From assembly GCA_964567795.1 (NCBI GenBank), contig CAZMOR010000043.1:1-47258 (forward strand): 47,258 nt of DNA, read 5' to 3'. Below are positions 27,581-35,764 of the stretch, in pieces. The DNA is from an uncultured Verrucomicrobiota bacterium (GTDB taxonomy: Bacteria > Verrucomicrobiota > Kiritimatiellia > CAIQIC01 > Lenti-01). The notes under the pieces are model-generated. The model had not been told where the DNA came from. It was given only the letters and a program-made list of their open reading frames with translations, and searched no databases. Made by a program: the position numbers and the translations under genes. Position 1 is the first letter of the stretch, and every line of letters starts with the position of its first letter.

Positions 27581-28732
27581 ATGACGTCCCGTGCACATAT
27601 ATATTGGCGAATTGGGTGGTTGGCCGCGGGCGTCGGCCTGGTGTTCATGGTCGGCGCCATGTACCATTCTTTTCCCCGCGCACATTCACGGCCGCATCCC
27701 GTCCGCGATTCCGCCAGCGAAAACCCCGTTCAACCGTCATCTGCAACCAGGCCCGGCGAACCTGCCGCCGGACAGGAATTGCTCCGCGCGGCAGTTCCCG
27801 CCCCGTCGGCTTCGGTAGCCGGGCCGATTCCCCCACCTCCGGTTTTGGCCTCTTCCGCACCGGCAGACTCAGCCCGGGAACCGCTGGATGAGTATGAAAA
27901 CCGGATTGCCGCCCTGGTGAATCGAATCCAGACCCTCCGCAGCGACGTTCCGGAAGCCCGGCGGCAAGTTCCCGGTCTGCTGGCTTCGGCCAATCCGCAG
28001 GACCAGGTTTGCGGGCTCGTCCTGATGGCCGGCTTGGGTCTGGGGGATGCTGCCCGTCCGGATCAGGCCAGACATGCACCGGAGCTCTGGCTGGCCGCCG
28101 TGGATCTGTGCAACGCCTTGTTCGATGAACCCGCCGCCCGCAGCCTGCTGGAACAATGGCAAGCATTCATGGGCGGCACCCAAGCCGCTGGCGAAGCCGC
28201 CCATAATCTTCTCCTGGAAGCCCGCCTGCCGTATGGCGGCGGCACAACCGCCTTGCAACTGATGATCGGCATCAACGACCCGCAGGCGATCGCCATCGGC
28301 CTGTACGAGTTCGCAGTGAACGATCAGCTGCCGCCTTCCGTTCGAACCGAGGCCCTGATCCTTTTGCGCGAACATGCACCCCCTTCGGCTGATGTGGATG
28401 TCATCCAGACCTGCGCGGAGCAAGTGCAGCAAACGGGCGATGCCTGGTCCCAGCGGGCGCAAGCTCTGCGGGCCTGGCTGGAGCCCGATTTCGTGCTGGA
28501 CCGCCGGTTTGTCGAAAATACCTTCGCCAAGCCATATCCCGGGCTGGTCACGGATCTCGAATCCTATTGCCGGAATGCATCCCGAACCGGCCGGTTGACC
28601 ATGGCTGAAGATACTTTGAATGCTTTCCGCAACTCGTTGGATTCCACCGAGAAGAGCTCGCTTTCCGGATCCGACATGGTTGCCCTGGCAAGTCTGCAAC
28701 GTTGTCTGGATGCCTTGGCGGACCGCCGTTGA
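27581..28732 (+). CDS. Hypothetical membrane-anchored protein (N-terminal TM, Pro/Ala-rich linker, helical domain)
   Basis: 383 aa. IGWLAAGVGLVFMVGAM is the single hydrophobic helix, followed by a PSSATRPGEPAAG...PPPPVLASSAP linker and a helical region. It is the only long ORF here with a normal composition. Codon usage is less GC3-biased than in core genes. No family recognised. Confidence 0.5.
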   Translation: MTSRAHIYWRIGWLAAGVGLVFMVGAMYHSFPRAHSRPHPVRDSASENPVQPSSATRPGEPAAGQELLRAAVPAPSASVAGPIPPPPVLASSAPADSAREPLDEYENRIAALVNRIQTLRSDVPEARRQVPGLLASANPQDQVCGLVLMAGLGLGDAARPDQARHAPELWLAAVDLCNALFDEPAARSLLEQWQAFMGGTQAAGEAAHNLLLEARLPYGGGTTALQLMIGINDPQAIAIGLYEFAVNDQLPPSVRTEALILLREHAPPSADVDVIQTCAEQVQQTGDAWSQRAQALRAWLEPDFVLDRRFVENTFAKPYPGLVTDLESYCRNASRTGRLTMAEDTLNAFRNSLDSTEKSSLSGSDMVALASLQRCLDALADRR

Positions 28733-28777
28733 CCGGTCTTGTGTTTCAGACTTCATCCCTAAATCCGGGGCCCAAGC

Positions 28778-28805
28778 TTGACTTGCCTGCCGGGCAGGCA
28801 ATACT
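28778..28805 (+). promoter_or_regulatory. Candidate sigma70-like promoter with a palindrome in the spacer
   Basis: TTGACT (28778-28783), a 16-nt spacer, AATACT (28800-28805). The spacer contains the perfect inverted repeat TGCCTGC-CGG-GCAGGCA (28784-28800). The ATG at 28812 lies 7 nt after the -10, which would imply a leaderless or near-leaderless mRNA. Prediction by eye only. Confidence 0.25.
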
Positions 28806-28811
28806 CGGGAC

Positions 28812-30491
28812 ATGAAATGGCGGGAATTATTGGGGCCATTGCGTTGTTCGCAACGATCCATTCCCGAGGAAAAATTGCCGGCATGCAGAAAATCGCCGCG
28901 CCCGCCGTTCGCCGCCACCGGACAGCCGGCAGGCCCGTCGCATCCGCCGGCGGACCTGTTCATTGGCCATGCCGTCATGGCCACGCTCCAGCATTTCATG
29001 ACGCAACACAACGCCGGGCATCCCGGCTTGAGGATCATGGAGGTCCGTTGCATGCCCTGCTCGGTGACGCGCGGGCTGGGGCTGCGTGCCATCTCCGACC
29101 TCGACGGTTTGGTATTTTACATCCAGGCCCGGACGCGGGCGAAGCCGCCGGCGGAATGGGCGGCATTGAAAACCGGCCTGCAGGCGGTCTTGACCCGGGA
29201 AGGCATCCATTCTGGCGGCGACTACGATCCCGTGAGCGAATTGACTCTGGTCCGGGTAGACCGGGAGGGGCGGATCGCGGGGCATCTGTTCCTCAAGGAT
29301 GGCCGCCGGATGCCGAAAGCGCAGGATGAGCCGATCTCCACACTGGTGCTCTTCCGCACCGACTGGCGGGGCCGGCTCGTGGAGATGGAAAACAATACCC
29401 ATTGCTGCAAGCCGGGGCCGGTGCTGAGCGGTTATGACAAAAGCCGGGGTTTGAGCAAATGCGAGGCCCGGTTGAGATTGGCCTATCTTCTGGGCGCGCT
29501 CCGCGAAGCCGACCTGCTGGAGGCGCTGGCGTTTGACACGCCGGACGACGAGGTCCGGATGGCGCATCTGTGCAACCTGCGCCAGCGCATGCGGAACTTT
29601 CTCGCCACCCGGCCGGCCTTTTCGTCCGCCGCCGAGGGCTTCGTCCGCCGGCTACATGATGTCCTGGTGGCGGAAGATCCCGCGGCAGCTTTCAATCAAT
29701 TTGCCGGCGAACAGGCGCCCGCCGTCCTCCGCCGGATCCTGTGCGAACTGCTGCAGTTGCGCATCGTCAAGGTGGACGCAACAGGAACGGGCATCCTGCC
29801 GTTGTGGCACCAGAAGCAAACGCTGCTGGTGGACGACGAGCGGAACGGCATTTTCCTGCATTTGCCGGCCGCGGTCGTTCCGGGCGGAAGCCGCGGGGTC
29901 CTGGCCCGGGCGGAGGCCCTCGCCTGGCGGCTGGACCGCAAGCACCTGACGGGGGCGCCGCAGGCGCGGGGCATTCTGGCGCAGCCCGAACTGGAGGTGG
30001 ATCCGTTCCTGCGGGATGCCGCAGTGAAGTATCTCGGAGCCCGGATGTGCGCCCCGGACCTGCCGCTGCTGATCGGCGTGCTGGGCGACCAGTATGATGT
30101 CGCCGCCGGTTCGGCCATCACGCTGCTGGCCGGGGCGGATGCACCGGAATTGCGGCAGCACCTGTGCCGCGCGATCGACCAGCAGCGGGACCGCGAAGTG
30201 TTCTGCACGAACGCGATCAGCGTCCTGGGAAAACGGCACTATCCGGATGCCCGGGAATGCGCGACCGTGGCGACCTACCTCGAAGGCGTCATTTCCGAGG
30301 CCCGGAACCGCGCGAACGGGGGACTGCGCATCTGCTACAGCGGCATCCTGGCGCTGAAGCGCCTGAGCCAGCAGGAACCCGCCGCCCGGGATTCGATCCT
30401 GGAATACGTTGTCACGCTGGCGGCCGAACCCCGGACGCCGAAGATTCTTTCCGGCCTGATCCGCCATCTGTTTCCGGCCGAGACGGCCTGA
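28812..30491 (+). CDS. Hypothetical protein with C-terminal HEAT/ARM-like repeats
   Basis: 559 aa if started at the ATG at 28812. An alternative ATG at 28977 (MATLQHF...) is possible because the first 55 codons or so have poorer GC3. The C-terminal part (PDLPLLIGVLGDQYDVAAGSAITLLAG..., ARDSILEYVVTLAAEPRTPKILSGLI) looks like helical repeats. No family recognised. Confidence 0.5.
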   Translation: MKWRELLGPLRCSQRSIPEEKLPACRKSPRPPFAATGQPAGPSHPPADLFIGHAVMATLQHFMTQHNAGHPGLRIMEVRCMPCSVTRGLGLRAISDLDGLVFYIQARTRAKPPAEWAALKTGLQAVLTREGIHSGGDYDPVSELTLVRVDREGRIAGHLFLKDGRRMPKAQDEPISTLVLFRTDWRGRLVEMENNTHCCKPGPVLSGYDKSRGLSKCEARLRLAYLLGALREADLLEALAFDTPDDEVRMAHLCNLRQRMRNFLATRPAFSSAAEGFVRRLHDVLVAEDPAAAFNQFAGEQAPAVLRRILCELLQLRIVKVDATGTGILPLWHQKQTLLVDDERNGIFLHLPAAVVPGGSRGVLARAEALAWRLDRKHLTGAPQARGILAQPELEVDPFLRDAAVKYLGARMCAPDLPLLIGVLGDQYDVAAGSAITLLAGADAPELRQHLCRAIDQQRDREVFCTNAISVLGKRHYPDARECATVATYLEGVISEARNRANGGLRICYSGILALKRLSQQEPAARDSILEYVVTLAAEPRTPKILSGLIRHLFPAETA

Positions 30492-30511
30492 TCGCGCCGC
30501 GGCAGCCGGAG

Positions 30512-31951
30512 CTAAGGGACCTTCACGTAATACGTGCAACTCAGCTTCTGGTTGCGGTTGGTCCAGAATTCAAGGTGATAAACGCCGCCGGGCAGGGTCA
30601 GATCCGCCGGCGGAATGTATGGCTTCGGACTGTCCCAGTCGACGGGAACAAAAAGCGGCCCTTTGTATAGGCGGTAAAACGCGGGCCCCTGATACTGGTC
30701 GAGCATGTCCGCCGGCTGAATGCCGGGAAAGTAGTAGCGCACCCGCGGAACCAGCCAGGCATCGATGACCGTCACCGCGCCGGGTGCCGGACGCGCGGCG
30801 ATTTCCCGCGCCAGGCCGCGCCAGTCCTGGCGCTCGATTTTCAAGCTGTCACGGTAATAGGGCACGAGGTAGACGGCGGTCCAGCCGGCGATGAGCAGGC
30901 CGGCGACGAGCACGCGCAGCGGCGGGGCATAGCGGGCAATGGCGCGCGCCAGCAGAAGCATCAGGGGGATATGGGCAAAGCCCAAATAGCGCACAATGAG
31001 CACGTGGTGCGCCACGGCATCCACGGTCAGGAACAGGGCAGGCGGCACGGCCAGCGCCAGCACGGCGAGAACGTCGCCGCGCGTCCACACGCGCAAATGC
31101 AGGCGCCGGGCGGCGGACCAGCTGATCCAGGCGGAGACCAGGATCAACCCGTAGAGCGCCAGTTCGGCCGGCCGCGGCGGAACCACCCAGTTGCCCGTGA
31201 TCGTGGCCCCGAGTTTCATCAGGAAGGCGCCCGCGGATTCGGGCGGATTGATCCAGCCCATGGCTTCCTCGCGGCGGCCGATGGCTTTCAGCAGGCGCAG
31301 CGCCCACGGCACGTAGGCCGCGAGAACGGCAAGCTGCGCGAACAGCCAGCCGCGGCGGCCGCGCCGCGCCAGGAGGAAGAATATCAGGTTCTCGACCACC
31401 AGGACGACGAACCCCATGTAAAAGGTATAGATCGATACAACGGAAACCGCGGCGTAGACCGCGAGGTCGCGCCGCGCCGCGGTGCGCAGGTAGCGGCAAA
31501 GAAACCAGAACGAGACCGTGCCCAGCAGCCAGAAGAGGCTGAACATCTTCGCCTCCTGGGCGTAGTTGATGCTGTAGGGCGAAAAGGCCAGCAGGACCGC
31601 GGCCACGCGCGCGGTCCGGCGGTCGAACAATTCCCGCGCCAGGAAATACAGCGCGACGACGCCCAGGACGGAATAGACGGCGGAAGGAAACCTCAGGGCG
31701 GCTTCGCTCAGGCCGGAAACGAGCGACCACAGCTTGCCGATGATGTAATAGAACGGCGGGAAGGGATCGCTCTGCCGGATGACGGTCCAGAGGTCGGAAT
31801 GATAGCGGTTGGCGGTGAAGAGTTCGTCGGTCCAGAGGCTGGGCGTTCCGATCCGGAACAGGCGCAGGACGAGGCCCGCCAGGACAAGTCCGCCCAGGAA
31901 CCAGCCGTCGCGCCGCGGCTCCTGGCCGGGTTCAACCACGGCGAACGGCAT
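30512..31951 (-). CDS. GT-C glycosyltransferase of the PMT_2/ArnT-like (polyprenyl-phosphate-sugar dependent) type
   Basis: The ATG at 31951 gives MPFAVVEPGQEPRRDGWFLGGLVLAGLVLRLFRIGTPSLWTDELFT (DE motif in the first periplasmic loop), then YSVLGVVALYFLARELFDRRTA...AFSPYSINYAQEAKMFS. There are about 11 TM helices and a short soluble C-terminus. It overlaps the upstream GT2 gene by 20 nt. Confidence 0.75.
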   Translation of the reverse strand: MPFAVVEPGQEPRRDGWFLGGLVLAGLVLRLFRIGTPSLWTDELFTANRYHSDLWTVIRQSDPFPPFYYIIGKLWSLVSGLSEAALRFPSAVYSVLGVVALYFLARELFDRRTARVAAVLLAFSPYSINYAQEAKMFSLFWLLGTVSFWFLCRYLRTAARRDLAVYAAVSVVSIYTFYMGFVVLVVENLIFFLLARRGRRGWLFAQLAVLAAYVPWALRLLKAIGRREEAMGWINPPESAGAFLMKLGATITGNWVVPPRPAELALYGLILVSAWISWSAARRLHLRVWTRGDVLAVLALAVPPALFLTVDAVAHHVLIVRYLGFAHIPLMLLLARAIARYAPPLRVLVAGLLIAGWTAVYLVPYYRDSLKIERQDWRGLAREIAARPAPGAVTVIDAWLVPRVRYYFPGIQPADMLDQYQGPAFYRLYKGPLFVPVDWDSPKPYIPPADLTLPGGVYHLEFWTNRNQKLSCTYYVKVP

Positions 31952-32708
31952 CCGCGGGTTGGCGGCACACGACCACCCAGTCGGCGGGAACCATGCGGTC
32001 CGGACTGCGGCGCAGGGTCTGGCGGAGGTCGCCGAATCCGAGCCGGACAATGTCCTTGAGGCCGACCGGCAGCCGGTTGCGGAGGTTGTACTTGGACACG
32101 CCGTAGCGGCGCGGCCGGTCGGTGACCACGATGTCGGTGACCCGCGCCCCGAGCTTGCGCACGATGAAGGTGAAGAACCGGTATTCGTCGGCCGTGAAGC
32201 AAATGCCCGCCACCGCCTCGCGCTTGAAGGCACGGATGGCGCAGCCGACGTCGTGGACGCGGTCGCCCATCAGCAGGCGGCGCGCATAGTTGGCGGTTTT
32301 CGAACTGAACTTCTTGAACCAGGAATCCTGCCGGTTCTTGCGCCAGCCGCAGGCGACGTCATAGCCTTCCTGCAGCTTCGCCACCAGCCGGGGAAAATCC
32401 GCCGGGTCGTTCTGGAAATCGGCATCCAAAGTGAGGAACACCCGGCCGCGCGCCGCGTCGAACGCGACCTGCAGCGCGCCGGATTTGCCGCTGCGGTGCT
32501 TCAAATGCAATAGTTGCATCAATTCGGGATGGGCATCCGCAAACCGTTCCGCCGCGGCCCGCGTTCCATCCTCCGAATGGTCGTCCACGAACACGATCTC
32601 ATACGGCTCCCCCAGGCCGTCGAGCACGCCGCGAACCGCCTCCAGCAGTGGCTCAACCGTGCCTTCCTCGTTGAAGGCGGGGATGATGACTGAATACGTC
32701 GGTTGCAT
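31932..32708 (-). CDS. GT2 polyprenyl-phosphate glycosyltransferase (Ppm1/ArnC/DPM1-like)
   Basis: The ATG at 32708 is preceded by GGAAGAGG. MQPTYSVIIPAFNEEGTVEPLLEAV...YEIVFVDDHSEDGT...HRSGKSGALQVAF...LTLDADFQNDP matches the polyprenyl-P sugar synthase pattern. Confidence 0.85.
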   Translation of the reverse strand: MQPTYSVIIPAFNEEGTVEPLLEAVRGVLDGLGEPYEIVFVDDHSEDGTRAAAERFADAHPELMQLLHLKHRSGKSGALQVAFDAARGRVFLTLDADFQNDPADFPRLVAKLQEGYDVACGWRKNRQDSWFKKFSSKTANYARRLLMGDRVHDVGCAIRAFKREAVAGICFTADEYRFFTFIVRKLGARVTDIVVTDRPRRYGVSKYNLRNRLPVGLKDIVRLGFGDLRQTLRRSPDRMVPADWVVVCRQPADAVRRG

Positions 32709-32836
32709 GTCCTCTTCCTTTTCTCCGGACGCGCCGCGGCGGCCGCCGGCCCGGCGGGTCTTGGATACCGCTTTGTGCATAACAGAACCGGCCGGCCAGT
32801 ACAAAGCAAAAGCTAAAATTTTCCCGCCCGCCGCCG

Positions 32837-33946
32837 CTACTGCATCTGCTCTTCGCGCCAGTAGACCGGCGTCACTTTCTTGTCCCCCACTTCGAACACC
32901 GCCCACACCCCGCTCTGCACCCCGTGGTCTTCCCCGAGCGACACCACCCGCACGTACTGCCGGTCCGATACCGAGATCTTATCCGCGAATGCCGGATCCA
33001 TGCCCGACTTGCTGATGGCCTCCTCCACGCTGTCGAACCCGTCGTCCTTGGTGTTGGGCAACCCGTCGTCGCCCAGCCGGTATTTCAGCAGGTCGTCCAC
33101 CACCCAGTCGTCCATCATCTTGTCGTTAACGGTCAAGGTCAGCAGCACGTCGCGCGAGGCCGTGTTCACGTTCACCTTGCCGTCGCCGAACGTCGTCAGC
33201 AGGTGCGCGATGCCCTGCAGCGGGGGACTCTTCGGATCCGGCGGCGGACCGCCGTAAACCAGCGCCGGCGTGAAGCCCTTGATCAGCAGCAGCTCGTCCA
33301 CCGTGTCCAGCGGCGCGTTCTTCGGCGCATAGCCCTGCTCCTTGTAATACGCGTCGTCCTCTTCTGCACCGTTAATTCGGTGATCTTTATTATCATCGGT
33401 CCAATCCATGAAACAGTCGATCAGCTCGGGCCACTGCTCATCCGGTACGCCGGCCTGGTCCAGCAGTTCCTCCCAGTCCGCATCCCCGAGCTTGTTCACG
33501 TTCCGCCGCCCCGCCTCCGGCAGGATGTCCACTGTCGCCACCGCCTCCCCCTGCTCCACCTTCACCCCCGACACCCCGATGCCGCGCGCCAGGTTTTTCT
33601 CCAGGATGCGCGCCGCCTCCTTGCCCTCGTCGCTCTCCTCGAACGCGCTCGGTTCAAAGCTTTTCGCCAGCAGGAACTTGGCATATTCCACGCCGCCGCG
33701 CGCGGCCACCAGCGCCTTCACCCGCTTCCGCGCATAGGAGGTGATCCCCGCCTCCACGTGCATCTCGTACGCCATCCCGCCCACCAGCAGGCTCAGGATC
33801 AGCACCATCCACAGCGCCACGATCAGCGCCGCCCCGCGGTTTTCCGCGGCGTACGGTCTGCGGGCTCGCGGCTCGCGGTTTTTCCACAGTGTGGACCCGC
33901 CGCGGCGGGTTCCACAGTGTGGAAAAATGAGGCAAAGTTTTTCCAT
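32837..33946 (-). CDS. gspK: Type II secretion minor pseudopilin GspK-like
   Basis: ENRGAALIVALWMVLILSLLVGGMAY is a GspK-type N-terminal helix. The GspK core reads DILPEAGRRNVNKL...FMDWTDDNKDHRINGAEEDDAYYKEQGYAPKNAPLDTVDELLLIKGFTP...VNVNTASRDVLLTL. The start is uncertain. The ATG at 33946 is the closest canonical start upstream of the helix. The ATG at 33994 would give an ATGA overlap with gspJ but translates the repeat array. The 595-aa track ORF is over-extended. Confidence 0.75.
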   Translation of the reverse strand: MEKLCLIFPHCGTRRGGSTLWKNREPRARRPYAAENRGAALIVALWMVLILSLLVGGMAYEMHVEAGITSYARKRVKALVAARGGVEYAKFLLAKSFEPSAFEESDEGKEAARILEKNLARGIGVSGVKVEQGEAVATVDILPEAGRRNVNKLGDADWEELLDQAGVPDEQWPELIDCFMDWTDDNKDHRINGAEEDDAYYKEQGYAPKNAPLDTVDELLLIKGFTPALVYGGPPPDPKSPPLQGIAHLLTTFGDGKVNVNTASRDVLLTLTVNDKMMDDWVVDDLLKYRLGDDGLPNTKDDGFDSVEEAISKSGMDPAFADKISVSDRQYVRVVSLGEDHGVQSGVWAVFEVGDKKVTPVYWREEQMQ

Positions 33947-33990
33947 GGTGTGGAAAATCCGCCGAAAGTTTTTCCATTCCGTGGAAAAAA
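33876..33990. repeat. Four tandem units of about 31 bp, each carrying a TTTTCCA-N5-TGGAAAA type palindrome
   Basis: The palindromic cores are TTCCACagtGTGGAc (33882-33896), TTCCACagtGTGGAA (33910-33924), TTCCAtggtGTGGAA (33941-33955) and TTCCAttccGTGGAA (33972-33986). Spacings are 28, 31 and 31 bp. Units 3 and 4 share the flanks aaagtttttcca...gtggaaaa. The array is locally AT-rich, lies at the gspJ-stop/gspK-start junction and overlaps the annotated gspK 5' end. Confidence 0.85.
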
Positions 33991-34737
33991 TCATGGGGCA
34001 GTCTCCGGCTTTTGGCTCGGATTGTTGGTCACGGTGGCCACCGGCTGCGTCCCGCCGGTGGTGTCCGTACCGCTTGCCTCGCCCGTGTCGGTTGTGCGGT
34101 CGCGGTTCTCGCGCGCCGGAATCTCCGGCGCCACTTCCAGCTCCACCACCCGCTGCAATTCCAGCTCCTCGTCGAATTCCTTGCGCTTTTTCATCTTCAG
34201 CGTCACGCGCACGAGCTTCGGCAGCGAATTCGTCTCCTCCCAGTCGTGGCTCCAGGAATCCAGGTCGAAGTCGTACCACTCGCAGTCGAAATCCTCGACC
34301 TGCGCGCACGCCATCCAGGGCTGGGCGTCGCGCTCGTCCATGTCTTCCGCCAGGTGCGGCCACGCCCGCACCGCCAGCCCGTGTTCGCCCTCCACGCGCT
34401 CGACCGATACCGACACCCGGTGCAGCCCGTTCCGCAGCGGCGAATCCGGCGGCAGGAACGCCGAGCCGCTGGTCACCCAGCTCGCCTTGCCGTTCTCCAG
34501 CCAGAACCCGAACGCCGACGGCTTCGAGGGAAACCATGCCGCTCCGCGCAGCGTGGTCACCAGCTGGTCCATCGCGAATTCCCCGTAGTGCAGCTGCTCC
34601 AGCAGTTCCCCCCCGCGCGTCCACGCCTTCGTCACGCCCCAGAAGGCGCTGCCGGCCACCGCCATCGCCAGGCTGAAGATCGCCAGCGAGATCAGCAGCT
34701 CCAGCAGCGTGAAACCGTTTGGCCGCCGGGTCCGCAT
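33991..34737 (-). CDS. gspJ: Type II secretion minor pseudopilin GspJ-like with Thr/Pro/Glu-rich C-terminal tail
   Basis: The ATG at 34737 gives MRTRRPNGFTLLELLISLAIFSLAMAVAGSAFWGV (prepilin cleavage/methylation motif G|FTLLE). It occupies the position after gspI. The tail reads TTDTGEASGTDTTGGTQPVATVTNNPSQKPETAP. There is a TGATG 1-nt overlap with gspI. Confidence 0.6.
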   Translation of the reverse strand: MRTRRPNGFTLLELLISLAIFSLAMAVAGSAFWGVTKAWTRGGELLEQLHYGEFAMDQLVTTLRGAAWFPSKPSAFGFWLENGKASWVTSGSAFLPPDSPLRNGLHRVSVSVERVEGEHGLAVRAWPHLAEDMDERDAQPWMACAQVEDFDCEWYDFDLDSWSHDWEETNSLPKLVRVTLKMKKRKEFDEELELQRVVELEVAPEIPARENRDRTTDTGEASGTDTTGGTQPVATVTNNPSQKPETAP

Positions 34738-35162
34738 CAGAGCACCTTCGGCTTCAGCGTGCGCACGCCGTCGTTGTTCTTGGGCACGTACAGCATTTGG
34801 GTCACTTCCTCCGCCGAACGTTTCTCGCCCTGCGCCCAGCTCACGCGGGTCGTCATGCGGAACAGCCCCTCCTGCTGCTCGTCGTCCGCCCCCAGGTCCT
34901 CCAGCGTGCGCGTCCAGCTCCACCCCGCCGGCCCGCCTGAAAAACTGCCCGATTCCGTCTCCGCCTGGATTTCATCCTTCAGCCGCAGCGGGCTTTCCAC
35001 GTCCACCCGTCCCAGCATCCGCCGCGCCAGTTCGTAGTTGCGCGCCTGCCGCACCACCGCCAGCGACCGCGAGGCCGCCCCCACCAGCGCCCCCAGCGCC
35101 ACGCCGAGGATCACCACCGCCATCAGCACCTCGACCAGCGTCATGCCCCGGCGCCGGTTCAT
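34737..35162 (-). CDS. gspI: Type II secretion minor pseudopilin GspI-like
   Basis: 141 aa. MNRRRGMTLVEVLMAVVILGVALGALVGA is a prepilin-type N-terminus. Size and position are typical of GspI. It has an ATGA overlap with gspH. Confidence 0.65.
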   Translation of the reverse strand: MNRRRGMTLVEVLMAVVILGVALGALVGAASRSLAVVRQARNYELARRMLGRVDVESPLRLKDEIQAETESGSFSGGPAGWSWTRTLEDLGADDEQQEGLFRMTTRVSWAQGEKRSAEEVTQMLYVPKNNDGVRTLKPKVL

Positions 35163-35734
35163 TTGCCGACCTTCGCCTTGCCGGTCACCGGATCCACCGT
35201 GATGGTCGCCGTGCGGTTCTCGCTGTCGCCGATTTCAATCTGGTAGCCGTCGCACATGCCGTTCGGATAGTAGCTGACATAATAGAGGTCTTCGATTTCC
35301 TTGCCCCCGTCAAACGCCAGGATTTTCACCCCGTCCTCCAGCGTCCGCACCAGCTGCGATGAAGTCTGTTCGGCCGGCGCGGCCGCGCCGGTTCCCTCCG
35401 AGCCATCGCTGCCGCTGAAGACCTGCCCCTGGCCCGCGTTGCCGCCGCCGTCCAGCTCCCCGAAGAATTCGTCCTTCTTCCGCTCGGGCGCCCCCTGCTC
35501 CACCAGTTCCAGCGTGCCCTTGCGCTGGTCGAACAGGATCGCCATGTAGCGCTGCCCCAGCACCGCCTTCGACTGCGCATTCCGGTGCATCGACAGCACC
35601 AGCCGCGTCGAGGCCCGCAGCTTCGCCCCCTTGAACGAACGCGCGAACTGGGCCACGGCCACCGTCGAGGCAATGCCGATGATCACCACCACCAGCATGA
35701 TTTCCAGCAGGGTGAAGCCCGCGCGCCTGCTCAC
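35159..35734 (-). CDS. gspH: Type II secretion minor pseudopilin GspH-like
   Basis: It has a GTG start at 35734. (M)SRRAGFTLLEIMLVVVIIGIASTVAVAQF is a prepilin motif. The size (191 aa) and position after gspG fit GspH. Confidence 0.65.
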   Translation of the reverse strand: MSRRAGFTLLEIMLVVVIIGIASTVAVAQFARSFKGAKLRASTRLVLSMHRNAQSKAVLGQRYMAILFDQRKGTLELVEQGAPERKKDEFFGELDGGGNAGQGQVFSGSDGSEGTGAAAPAEQTSSQLVRTLEDGVKILAFDGGKEIEDLYYVSYYPNGMCDGYQIEIGDSENRTATITVDPVTGKAKVGK

Positions 35735-35764
35735 AATGCCCTGCCTTTGCCCGCGCCGGGCCCC

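Noticed and set aside
33876-33990. Possibility that the tandem array is a CRISPR array or a sigma54 promoter
   Set aside because: The units are about 31 bp with no unique spacers between repeats, there are only four copies, and no cas genes are present, so it is not a CRISPR array. TGGAAAAAC does not fit the TGGCAC-N5-TTGC sigma54 consensus.
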